DNA of 52,590 nucleotides from a virus (taxonomy: Duplodnaviria > Caudoviricetes). The DNA lies in IMG/VR virus record IMGVR_UViG_3300004457_000145, positions 1 through 52,590 of that record. One strand, written 5' to 3'. The translations under genes were made by a program, and so were the position numbers. Below are positions 1 through 11,900 of the stretch, piece by piece. The notes beneath the pieces were generated by a model. It was not told the DNA's origin. It worked only from the letters and a program-made list of their open reading frames with translations, and searched no databases. The number at the start of each line of letters is the position of its first letter. Within the stretch, counting starts at the first letter, position 1.

Positions 1-131
1 CTTCACTGAATAGTGGCACATTCATCGAACCAACTCCCAAGAAGACTCGACAGGGTTGTGGGAAGCACACGAAGTATGCTGCCAGTAGCAGAAATAGTAA
101 AAAGAAAATGTATCGTGGACAAGGTAAGTAG
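1..131 (+). CDS. 3' end of small basic hypothetical protein (partial, not in ORF track)
   Basis: Frame 3 reads SLNSGTFIEPTPKKTRQGCGKHTKYAASSRNSKKKMYRGQGK* (TAG 129-131). Resembles small Lys/Arg-rich KKTRQG...KY...SRN...YRGQG proteins of T4-like cyanophages (recalled). Confidence 0.7.
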   Translation, partial: SLNSGTFIEPTPKKTRQGCGKHTKYAASSRNSKKKMYRGQGK

Positions 132-552
132 AGTTAAGGAATGGATTAAATATATTTCTGAGCAGCGTGGGGATCTAGGTGGTCATGCCATATGTCCCTA
201 CGCTTTTTCTGCGTCTGTTCATATAGAGGAGCGTGCCTTACGGCGTGTGACTCTGAGTTCATTACCAAATGCGGACGTAATAATCTACATTTTGGAGGAC
301 GATATCTCTGAATGCGCTCTGATGCAGCGGGTCGCGGAAATTAATATGAGTCAAAGCGTGTGGTATGCGCTTGATGATCATATGGATGACGCAACTCATA
401 TTAATGGAGTGCAAAGTAACTTTAATGAAGGAAACTTGCTACTCATTCAAAATCGTGATAAATTAGAGAAGGCAAGAGAACAATTACACAAGACTGATTA
501 TTATAAACATTGGTCACCAACACTTTATAGGAGAATTATCAATGGCAAATAG
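115..552 (+). CDS. Hypothetical protein with W..(L)GG..CPYA motif
   Basis: ORF track 13..552. Start moved to GTG 115 because 13-131 overlaps the preceding gene. WIKYISEQRGDLGGHAICPYAF motif. Confidence 0.65.
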   Translation: MDKVSRVKEWIKYISEQRGDLGGHAICPYAFSASVHIEERALRRVTLSSLPNADVIIYILEDDISECALMQRVAEINMSQSVWYALDDHMDDATHINGVQSNFNEGNLLLIQNRDKLEKAREQLHKTDYYKHWSPTLYRRIINGK

Positions 553-688
553 TCCAACAGACCTTGGCGAGAAGTTTATAAAATCAGGAATGACACTGAT
601 CACTCAACCTTCTAGCGATTATTGGTTGAAGAAGTCTGAAAAATTGAAAGAAGAAAGAAAGAGACTAGATAATTTGATGGGCTGCTAA
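542..688 (+). CDS. Small hypothetical protein, 48 aa (not in ORF track)
   Basis: ATG 542 preceded by GGAG. Reads MANSPTDLGEKFIKSGMTLITQPSSDYWLKKSEKLKEERKRLDNLMGC*, TAA 686-688, and fills the gap before gp25. Confidence 0.7.
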   Translation: MANSPTDLGEKFIKSGMTLITQPSSDYWLKKSEKLKEERKRLDNLMGC

Positions 689-691
689 ATA
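685..691 (+). promoter_or_regulatory. T4-like late promoter (CTAAATA)
   Basis: CTAAATA about 25 nt upstream of gp25, a variant of the gp55-dependent TATAAATA box. Confidence 0.6.
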
Positions 692-715
692 GATAAGATA
701 CACTCTACTATTCGT

Positions 716-1108
716 GTGGCAAAGTTTCAAACCTTCAAGGATTTGAATGTAACGTTCAAACCACATCCTGTAACAGGTGACTTAATTGTCAAGAAGGATG
801 ATGCTGCAATTAAACAAGCAGTCGTCAATTTGCTGCTTACTACAAAGGGCGAGAGACCATTTCAACCAGATCTAGGGTCTAATCTTCGTAATTTACTATT
901 TGAGACTCTAGATGTGGCGACTGCTGCTGAAATTGGCGATGACATTCGTCAGACTCTAGATCAGTTTGAACCAAGAATCACGGTCACTGGTCTAGAGGTT
1001 GATGCTAATTTTGATGACAATGGATTTGACGTTGCTTTAGAATTTGAAATTATTGGTAGAGAAGACTTTCCTGTCGCCATAGAATTCTTCCTAGAGAGAA
1101 CTCGATAA
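716..1108 (+). CDS. gp25: Baseplate wedge subunit gp25
   Basis: FKDL...HPVTGD...AIKQAVVNLLLTTKGERPFQPDLGS...FEPRI, typical GPW/gp25 family. GTG start. Confidence 0.93.
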   Translation: MAKFQTFKDLNVTFKPHPVTGDLIVKKDDAAIKQAVVNLLLTTKGERPFQPDLGSNLRNLLFETLDVATAAEIGDDIRQTLDQFEPRITVTGLEVDANFDDNGFDVALEFEIIGREDFPVAIEFFLERTR

Positions 1109-2916
1109 TGCCATACGTTCAACTATCAAACCTAGACTTTGCAGATATCAAGACTGCTCTCAAGGAATACTTGAGATCGCAGGGAGAGTTTACTGATTTT
1201 GATTTTGAAGGTTCTGTATGGTCGAATCTTCTCGACGTATTGTCATATAACACGTATTACACAGCGTTCAATACCAATATGGTAGTGAACGAGACATTCC
1301 TTGATTCGGCAACGCTCAGGGACAATGTGGTGGCACTGGCGAAGCAATTGGGTTACACTCCCAAGTCAGCAACATCACCAAAGGCATCTTTGTCTTTTAG
1401 AGTAACATTTCCAAACACTGCACCAAATGAAATTGTTCTAAGAAAGGGAACAGGTTTCAACTCTACATTTGATGGTAACGTATACAATTTTGCAGTTGTT
1501 GAGGACATTAAGGTTCCTGTTATTAATAACATCGGAACTTTTGATAGCATCGATATTTACGAAGGAAACTTCATCACTGACACCTACACGGTTAATGCAG
1601 CACGATCAAACCGTTTTGTAATCAAGAACCCCAATGCAGACATTTCGTCTCTTAGAGTCCGTATTTTTGCATCTGCACAGAGCACTTTTGGCGAGATATA
1701 TGCAAGAGCAGATAGTATCCTAGACATTACGAGTGAGTCAAGTGTTTTCTATGTTGAGGAAACCGAAGATGAGCAGTATGAAGTATTCTTTGGTGATGGT
1801 GTCCTAGGTAGACAACTAGAGTCTGGTAACCAAGTAGAAATTACATATCTGTCAACGAATGGTCCTGATGCTAACGGAGCAAGAGCATTTACCTTTAATG
1901 GCGTCATAGAAACCCCTGCAGGCAATTCTAACCTAAACTACACTGTTGACTACTCTGCTGCTACAGACCTCGTAGAGGCGGCAGTAGGGGGCGCAGAGAT
2001 CGAATCTGTTTCTAAGATCAAGTTCAATGCTCCTAAGTTCTATGGAACACAGAACAGAGCAGTCACAGCACAAGACTATGCAGCAATTGTAAGAGAGATC
2101 TATCCTGCTATTGCTGATATCATTACATTTGGTGGTGAAGAGGATGATCCCCCTGAGTATGGTAAGGTCAAGATTGTTGTCAAACCATCTACCGCACGTA
2201 GATTGAGTTCTGTAACTAAAAAAGATATTGTAGATAAATTGAAACCATACATGGTGGCATCTATCACTCCTGATGTCATTGATGCTTCTATTTTGTATGT
2301 TGAACTAAAGTCCAATATTTACTATTCTAAAGAAAAGACTAATCAGACTAGAGATGAGATTAAATCTAAGGTTCTTGGTGGTCTAGAGGCATATATTGAG
2401 TCTTCTGACACAGAGAAGTTTAACGGCAAGTTTAGATTCTCTAAGTTTGTTGGTGTGATTGATGATGCTGATCGTAGTATTAACAGTAATCTCACCACTG
2501 TCAAAATGAGAAAGGATTTCTATCCTCAGATCAATAGTAAGTTCTTTTACGAACTATGTTTCCAAAATGCTTTCGATAATACTTGTGATGAGGATGTAAT
2601 TGTCCAGTCAACAGGTTTCAAAGTAAGTGAATATCCTCTCTGGACAGTCTATCTCGAAGATCGCTCTGGCAAAATCGTCCTATATAGAATAGACTCTATC
2701 TCAGGTGAGAAAATCGTTTTAAACGACTCTGTTGGAACGGTTGACTATATCAAGGGAGAGATCAAACTTTATGATTTAACAGTTATTGAAGGTAGTTTCT
2801 TTGATAATAGAATCGAAGTTAGAACTATCCCTTTAAGTAATGATATTAGTGCATCGAGAGAAGTCTATCTCGATGTTGATATTCCAAAGAGTTCATTCAC
2901 GATTTACACAGAGTAA
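1108..2916 (+). CDS. gp6: Baseplate wedge subunit gp6
   Basis: LDFADIK...FTDFDFEGS...LLDVLSYNTYY...NETFLDSATLRDNVVALAKQLGY; YEVFFGDG; QNRAVTAQDY. Confidence 0.95.
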   Translation: MPYVQLSNLDFADIKTALKEYLRSQGEFTDFDFEGSVWSNLLDVLSYNTYYTAFNTNMVVNETFLDSATLRDNVVALAKQLGYTPKSATSPKASLSFRVTFPNTAPNEIVLRKGTGFNSTFDGNVYNFAVVEDIKVPVINNIGTFDSIDIYEGNFITDTYTVNAARSNRFVIKNPNADISSLRVRIFASAQSTFGEIYARADSILDITSESSVFYVEETEDEQYEVFFGDGVLGRQLESGNQVEITYLSTNGPDANGARAFTFNGVIETPAGNSNLNYTVDYSAATDLVEAAVGGAEIESVSKIKFNAPKFYGTQNRAVTAQDYAAIVREIYPAIADIITFGGEEDDPPEYGKVKIVVKPSTARRLSSVTKKDIVDKLKPYMVASITPDVIDASILYVELKSNIYYSKEKTNQTRDEIKSKVLGGLEAYIESSDTEKFNGKFRFSKFVGVIDDADRSINSNLTTVKMRKDFYPQINSKFFYELCFQNAFDNTCDEDVIVQSTGFKVSEYPLWTVYLEDRSGKIVLYRIDSISGEKIVLNDSVGTVDYIKGEIKLYDLTVIEGSFFDNRIEVRTIPLSNDISASREVYLDVDIPKSSFTIYTE

Positions 2917-2922
2917 GCTTAA

Positions 2923-5900
2923 ATGGCAGAGACTAGGAGAATATCTACTCTAATCGAGAGTCAACTACCTGAGTTCATTTCTTCTGACTACGAAAATTTT
3001 TCTAAAATTGTAGAGAAATATTACGAGCAGTTAGAACTTAGGGGTCAACCTCTCGACGTGATTCAGAATATCACGAAATATCGTGATATCGATTTTTATG
3101 AGAAAAGTCTTCTAGCACAAGGCACAGAACTAGCAGTAGCAGTATCTGCGAGTGATACTACTATTGAATTGATTGATGCATCTTCTTTCCCTGTGGAAAA
3201 TGGTTACATCAAGATTAACGATGAGATCTTGTTTTACAAAGAGAGAAACGGTAACACTCTCAGTGATGTCTCTCGTGGCGTCAGTGGCAATACAAAACTA
3301 GGTGACCTATACGAAGCAAGCAACTTCGTAACAACGCTTGCTGTGGGTCACAACTCAGGTGTTGCAGTTCAGAACATCAGCAACCTGTTCTTGTATGCTA
3401 TTGTCAAGAACTTTGAGTCTGACTACCTTGCATCCTTCCCAGAAAAATATCTGAATGAGAAGGTAGACAAGCGAACTCTAATCAAGAATATTACTAGTTT
3501 CTATCGTGCAAAAGGCACTGATAGATCAATCAAGTTTATTTTCAACACTCTGGTAGGAAATGACACTCCAGAGGTTGTAAGACCAAAAGATTTTACTGTA
3601 AAAGCATCCACATCCGATTGGATCACCTCTTACTCATTGAAAGTAAAAGTTCTATCGGGTAATGTAACTGATCTCATTGGAGAAGAGATTGTTCAAGGCG
3701 TAGACTCATTTAATCCTAATGCAGGTTTTGCATCTGCTATTGTAGACAATGTTTTCGGTGCTGGCACAGTTGATGGAGAGCAACTATATGAAATTGCTCT
3801 AGATACATCTTCGATTAACAATACATTCAAGATTGCATCTAAAACTGAGTTAACAGCAGACTTTGATAATGGTCTTACTGTTGGAGATCGTATCAATGTG
3901 TTTTCCACAGAAGGATTTTCTTCTACAGGCAGATTCGTAATCCGTGGAGAAGAATTTGAGTATAGTGATAAAAGTGTTACTCAGTTTCTAGTCAGCGACA
4001 GAGAAAGCAATATTGTTTATGCTACTGGAGAATCTGTTTACAGTTTTTCCACAGTTACCTCTGGAAATGTCAAACTTCTAGTCCTTGGTGTCCTTTACAA
4101 CTTGAGCACTGATGCTCCTGTTCCTTATTCTGAGGAAGGAGATCGTATTCAGGTATCTGGTGCAGGTTTTGAGACCAGAGATCCTATTATTATGACTCCA
4201 CAGAATACCATCCGTTGGATTCTGAGTCAAGAGAATGCTGAAGCAGCAAATCCTACTATTCAGTCTCAGATTGGAGATTTGCCTGGTGATGTTGCTGCTG
4301 TATACGAAGATAGCAACTATTACTACATCTGTTCGTCTTCTTTCCCAACTAGACCTATTCTTCTTGCAAATACTCAGCAGACACTGCAAGATCAGAAGAC
4401 GATGAGATTGATTCGTAAGAATCCTCAAGTTATTACTGAATCGTATAAAACAACACAAAGAGATGTTGGCATCTTGGTTGATGGAACTCTTGCTTTCAGT
4501 TATAGAGATTTTGATCAAGTCAAATTTGGTCCTATCACCAAGTTCAGTATTTCACAAAAAGGTGCTGGATTCCAAGATCCTCCTAATGTTCTGATTAATA
4601 ATGTCCCAGGAAGAGCAAGATCTTTCTTGGCAGGTGAGGTTGTTGACAGTATTGAACTTCTCGATCAGACTGTATACACTGTTCCACCAACTGTAACTAT
4701 TACTTCTGGTAGAAATGGAAAAGCATCTGCTACTGTTACTTTCGGTAGAATTACAAGTATTCAAGTAATTGATGCTGGTGAATACTACACCACACCACCT
4801 ACAGTAAGAATTATCGATCGTCTCGGCAAAGGTCGTTTTGCAGAATACAATGCTGTTTTAGAAAATGGTAAAATTGTTGACTTTGAGCAAGTAGACGAAG
4901 GTAAGTTCTACTCCAAAGGAAATGTGTTAGTCGATATTCTTCCTGTTGGTGATGGAGCAGCAGTAACATCTGATATCGTTACATACACCAAAGATCGCTA
5001 CAAGAAACTACAGTCTGAGTTAGACTCGTCTAATGGTTATGCATTTCAGAACTACAACCCTACTAAAGGGTATGGTTATGGTATTGTTGCCAATCCTTCT
5101 AATCTCAGAACTGATCTGAATGATGATGGAACTTCACACTCTCCTATTTTGGGATTTGCTTATGATGGCAATCCAATTTATGGTCCTTATGGTTATGAGA
5201 ACCCTCTAGATGCTAGCAGTGCTGTCAGCAGACTGTCATCATCGTATTATCTGAAGAGCAACAGACTAGGTGGTCCAAATCCATCTGAGTTCCCACTTGG
5301 AACTTTTATTGAAGATTACGAGTGGAGACCTAGCACTCAGACTGGTAAATTAGAATTAGACGAAAATAATGGAAGATTCTGTGCAACACCAGAATATCCA
5401 GCAGGAGTCTATGCATACTTTATTACTATCGATATTAATGGTAATCCTGCATTCCCATATATCCTAGGATCAAATTATTATTCATTACCTGTTGATTCTA
5501 ACTATAATGCAGATCTATCTCAGGATGATTTACCAAAGTATGCCAAGAGACTAAAAACTCCAGGAATGCCTAGCAATGGTGGTAATACTATTCTGAAGAT
5601 CAACAAAACCACTAGTGGTAGTATTTCTACATTGAATGTAGAGGATTCTCCAGCATCATTCAAAGTTGGTAATAGATTCATTGTTAATGACACTGGAACC
5701 GAAGGATCTGGCGCAGCTGCGATTGTCGCAGAGGTTACTGGTAAGACTATTACATCACTCAAATCAAATGATCTAGATCCTACTAATACTCTAGCAGTCT
5801 CTTATATTGAGACTATTACCCCTTGCTATCTGTTTGAAGGAGATATTGTTACTCAAGAAGATAGCAACTACACTGGTAGGGTTGTCGGAGACATTTCTAA

Positions 5901-8900
5901 TAGAAATGAGTTTGTTCTTGAGAATGTATCAGGAACATATCAGTCTGACAAAAATCTAAACTCCTCTAGCAACATTATCAGCATTATCTTGTCTGGTAAT
6001 GGATCGTTTAGTGCAGAAGCAACACTACTCTTAACAGATGGCGATGATGATATCATTGCTAGAGGTAGAATTCTTGAGTCTGTATCAAACCAAAACTCTA
6101 TTAGAGTCGAAGTGACTGAAGGAGAGTTTGTTGTTCCTGAAAGTGCTACTAGGAACTATTTTCTCCAGAGCACAGTTCTTGGAGACACCGTAGGTCTAGA
6201 AGTTGTTATCTACAACGAACTAAGTAAGAACATCGAAGCATTTGTTGTAGATAACAACTATGCTTTGGTATCTACATCCGAACCACACAATGTTGGTGTT
6301 GGTAGTGCTGTAAATATGGATCTTATTCCTAGTGAAGCAGATACTACAACAACGTATTATGTAAGAAAGAGATTCTACCAACAGATTACACTGAGATCAC
6401 CTTCTTTCACTACAGTTATGACTGATAGTGGTGTTGGTAAGTCAGAAGTTCTTAATGGTGGTATAGCATATCAAGCAGGAACATATGAAGATGTTGAACT
6501 TATCTTTTTCGATCAAAGCAAAGTAAGAACTGATATTGGATCTGTTGGAGATCCTGATAATGCGAGAGCAACTATTGTTGTTAGTGACTACAATAATACT
6601 GGATATGGAAGTGTCAGTATAGTTACTATCACAACTAAAGGACAGAACTACATTAAGGGTGACATCCTATCAGTTGCTGATGCATCTCTCAATAGACTAG
6701 ATTCTACCAATTCAACCCAAAGGTTGGCATTGGAAGTTGATCATGTTGGTTTTTCTTTAACTAACACTGTATTACAACTAAGAACTATTCAGAAACTGTC
6801 TGAGAATGACTATCTGCAAATTAATAGTGAGATTGTAAAAGTCATATCTATTGACAATAATGCAAGAACTGCTACTGTTCAAAGGGGTCAGTTTGACACT
6901 GTTGTTACCAATCACTTTGATAATACTACAGTAAGACTGTATAATGGCATCTACAGATTCCAAGAAGACTCAAGACCTCTTGGCGATGGTGTCAATGATC
7001 CATATATCATTGATTATGATGCAACCACTCAAAAAGTAACTCTAGCATACAACTATGGTGCTCCCTCTCCTAGAGAAGTTACTAACAGTAGTATTTTCCA
7101 GGATGATAGTTCTCCTAGAAAGTCTATCAATATTTCTTCATCTGCTCCTGGTCAGAACAACTTGGAGTTCTCTAAGGATGTCAATTTTGCAACGTATGGT
7201 AGAAACACTGACATTCGTATTCAGAAATACTATCGTTATTTGTTTGACACCAGTCATGTTTCTATGAATGGTGTGTTCCTTGATTTCTCTGCTAGCAGAA
7301 CTGGAACTATCTTCACTGAAGAAAAAGAAGTAAGTGGCATTCAACCAGGAAACGCTGGTTCATTTGTTGCTATAACATTAGGTTTTGGTCCTAAGATTGC
7401 TGGTCTCGATCAACAGAGGTTCCCAGTTAACTTTGACACGTATTACTACTTTATTAAGGCGTCTAGTGACGTTAATACAGACAATGCTTCATTGAAAGTC
7501 ATTGATGATCCTTTGACTGGACCTAAGACAGTTAAGTTCACAACATCTACGAAGTTTGCATATCAGTTGCCTGACGTTCCTGATTATCAAGGAACTGGCA
7601 CTATCACATATACTACATCTTCACCTTTCGCTGAAGGTAAGATTAATAAGACCACAATCAATAACCTTGGAGCAGGATATAAGAGATCTCCTATTATTGA
7701 GGGTTGTCTTGTAACTGATAACAACGAACCACTACTGACTGTGGAGTGGGATTCTATCACTCAGTCAATTAAAGGTATCCAAATTAATAATGGTGGTAAG
7801 AACTACATCAATCCTAAAGCAGTTGTTACCAATGGAGATGGTGTTGGTGCTCACTTTAATGTAGTAAGTGATCAAGGAAGAATTACTAGAATTGATGTCT
7901 TAGCAGGTGGCAGTGGTTTCACCTTTGCTCCTATTGTATCGGTATATGAAGGTGCTATTGATGCATTCTTTGAATCTGAGAGCATTGGTCTACCACAAGA
8001 TATTAGCATCATCAGTAATGGTGGTTCTTTCCACAATGATGCGACTATTGAGTCTACTTATAGATCAAACTACGCTATCATTTACAAAGGAGATGCTAAG
8101 TTCTTCAAGGGAGAGCGAGTAGAGCAGCGTGTTGGTTCTTCACTAATCTTCAGTGGTTATGTTTCTGACAAAGGTTGGAGAACAGGATCAAATATTCTTA
8201 GACTTAGCAAAGTAAGTGGCGTTGTAGACACCACCCTAAATCTTTATTCTGCAATGGATCCTAGTAGATCTATTGAAGTATCTGATGTTCTGTTTACTGA
8301 GTTTGATTCTGATATCAGAACTTATTTTGACAATCTTGGTAGATATGCATCTGACAAAGGTAAAGTTGGTAGTAGATATCAAAAGGTAACTGATTCTTAT
8401 TATTACCAAGATTTCTCATATGTCATTCAGTCTAGAACTGCTATTGATGTATGGAGAGATCTGATCAAGCAGACTACACACCCTGCAGGTTTCCAACTGT
8501 TTGGTGAAGTTCTAATTGATTCTGAACAGGAAGCAACAATGCCGACTGATCAGACTCCTACTACATCTATCAGTTATATTGAACTTGCTCCTAAGACAGT
8601 AACTGTAGAGAGGAAGAGCACAAGGATTACAAATTCTTTTGTAACAGTAGCAGATACAAACTTGATTAGAGGTCAAGGTTCTATCTCTATTGATGAGTAT
8701 GATACTGAAGGAATTATTTCTAGAGAACTGACTATCCTAGAACCTTTTACTGGTCGCTATGCAAGCAAGGAAGATTATGTAGGTTCTATCAGATCAATCA
8801 CTAAAGCAGCTGATAATACGTTTGTTTCTACTTCTTTTGGTGGTGGTGTAACTGTTCCATCTGGTGCTTATGCTCACTGGATTAAATTTAAACTGGTAAG

Positions 8901-11900
8901 CAATAGCAACAACCAACCTGCTGTTGGTCCTTTTGTTGGTGCTGGATCTTCTACCCAATCTTGGGATACTAGTGATAATTACACTCTTCTTCCTAATGAT
9001 GAGTATGTAACTACTGGGTCAGGTATCTTTGATCTGACCAAGATCATTCGTATGGATATTGGTTACCTATTCTCATTTGGTGAATTTACTTCTAATCCAT
9101 CCAGTGATGACTATGAGTTTGGTGGATTGGTTCAGTCTACTGAATCAGATTTTTCTAATATTGCATATGAGTTTGAGGTTGGTGATGAGATCACTCTTTA
9201 TGAAAATGCAGCATCTTATATTACTGTTGAAATTCTCGAAGTTAAATCTCCTGCATATGATGTAGTTGAAGGTGTTATTGGTAATGGCAACATTCTCGGT
9301 AGAAAAACATTTACTCTTGTAGATAAAGCAAACTATCTTGCATACTCCCCATACAATGAGCAAGAATTGTTCCTTACTATAAATGGAATTGCACAGGAAC
9401 CTGGCAAATCATTTAAAGTATCTGGTTCACAGATAACATTTAGTGAACCTCCTCTTGGTCCTCTCTTTCCACAAACAGGAGAGAACTTAGATGATACTTA
9501 CGAGACTGAACCTGCATCACTAATCTGTAAAGCATTTAAGTTCAAAGAAGATACTTTCAACTCTCGCTATTTAAGAAAACTTAAGGATATCTCTCCTAAT
9601 TTTGATGGAATTGCAAATCAGTTTGATTTATATTGGGAAGATGGAACTGTTGTAAAAGCAGATCCTGGTGAAAAATTCCTCATCTTTGTCAATGGCATTC
9701 TGCAAGAAGCAAAAGAGTCTGAAGAAGCACCATTGGGTAATGCATATTATATTTTAAGAAGAAATGGATCCCAAGCAGATGCGATTGTATTTGCAGAACC
9801 CCCTAGAAACTTTGCAGACGATATTGATCCTGTTCCAGTTCAACTGGATCAAAGAGAGACTTTCTTTGGATATGGAGTCGGTAGTTACGATAGATTCAAG
9901 ATTGATGATCGTTTGATTCCATATAGAGGAACAGGTCCTTATCTAATCTTCGGTGAAGTTGATGGTAGAGTTAAGAACATCACTGATGGCAGATTTGTCT
10001 TGGTGTTTGTTGATGGAGTTCTGCAAAATCCAGACTCTTATACAATCAATGGTCCAAATATCACATTCACATCAAATCTTACTCGTTATATTCCTGAAAC
10101 TGGCGAAGCAGTTCAGAACAATGTAAGATTGATTTCTCTATATGGTAGAGATGTTCCCAAGACTCTATCATTCTATGATTATGATCGTGTTGGTCTTACT
10201 AATGAGATTATTGTTAGATGTCAGCGAGTTATCGATACATCTGCTGGAAATGAAGAATATAATGACTTCCAGAGTAGATTGTATAGTTTCGATCCATCTA
10301 CTCCTAAGAATTTGTTTACCATCACTTCAGATGGAACTAGAAAACTATTAGGAAAGATTTCTCTAATAAGATTTGATTTACTTGCGGATGGAACTGCAAA
10401 TGGATCTTCAAAAATTGGTGTAACACCAGTTGACTTTACATTTACAGTTTTGAATGCAGCTAACATTGATTTTACTGAGTTGTCATATGATCCAACACAG
10501 AACGTTGCTGATGACACTAGAGTTTCTGCACTTTATGTTTCCAATAAATCAGATTTCTCGGATGCAATTTCTTTTAACAAGATCAACAATGTTTTCTCAA
10601 TTGATATTTCATATCCAGTAGATGATGAAGGTAAGCGTTTGCTTGCTAGAGATCTTCCTGCATGGTTGAGAGGTTCTGAGAATGGAAACTCAGTATATGA
10701 TCTAAGAAATAATACTGAATTAGAAATTATTGCTGGAGATGAAATCCTAGTTGATGGTGAGAATGAATTTAGAACAATTGAGTATGTTCCTGGCAAAGCA
10801 AATCTAAGAAACTTTGGATTAGGTCAGACTGCTAAGTATGAGCACTACTCTAAAGTCGATGTAAGTAATTACAATGGTATTGTTAGAGGAGAGGGTCTTA
10901 GCGTAACCAGTCAAATTGATGGAACTGGTCGTGTTGTTTCTCTTGGATTTAATGATCTTGAGTGGAACAAGAGGGATCTTGCTCTATTCTTCAATACTGG
11001 TATTCTATTACAACCAACAGCATATCAATACTTTGTTCCACCACAACTTAAGTTTGTTCCTGTTGATGGAAACGGTGGTGGCGCTAGAGCGGAAGTTCTT
11101 ACAAAGGACGGACAAGTTCTAGATGTTGTATTAACTAATAGTGGTTTTGGTTATACCCAACCACCTAAAGTAGTTGTCACTAGAGGATATGTCGTTAAGA
11201 GAAATGCTCGTAGAGTAATTAATTCTCAAACTATAATTAGTGTCAACTCAGAAGTTGCAGGCGGTGGTGCTCTATCTGTTGTTCAAACAGAAGTTTTGCT
11301 ATTTGGTGAAGGTGCTGTTTCTAGTGTTCTTTCTATTATTGCACTTGGTGGTCTTGCTGGCGACCAAGTTGATTCTGATTCTGTCTTTGTCACAGGACTC
11401 CATACTACTGCTCGTGAAGCAGGAACAGAACTTAGGAAAGCAGAATTCTGTCAGTATACCAAGAGAGAAGCATCTAGCGCAGTCGATCAAGTAGCATCAG
11501 AACTTAATATCAATGAACTTACTATTACGGTAACTCTTGATTCACCAACTGCTGTTATTACAGATATCTCTCCTGAAATGGGTGTGGATGTAATTACATC
11601 GACATTACATAAGCAAATCAATGCTCCTATTGTTTATGCTGCTCAGGATACCTACAGTGTAACAGGTGCATTCCTCGATGCTCCTCTGTCTCCAACAGGA
11701 ACAACTGCATATATTGGAAATACAAGTCTGTTCCCATCGCAAGGCAAATTGCAGATCGGAAAAGAGATTGTTGCTTACAATTCTACTCTTGGAGACAGAT
11801 TCCTTGACCTCACTAGAGGTATCGAAGGATCTACGGCACAGGCACATAATGCTGGTCAGTATCTTAGAACTCTACCTGAATTTGTTACTGTCCTGCCTGT

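Noticed and set aside
13-114. N-terminal 34 aa of ORF 13..552
   Set aside because: Overlaps a more convincing frame-3 gene ending at 131.
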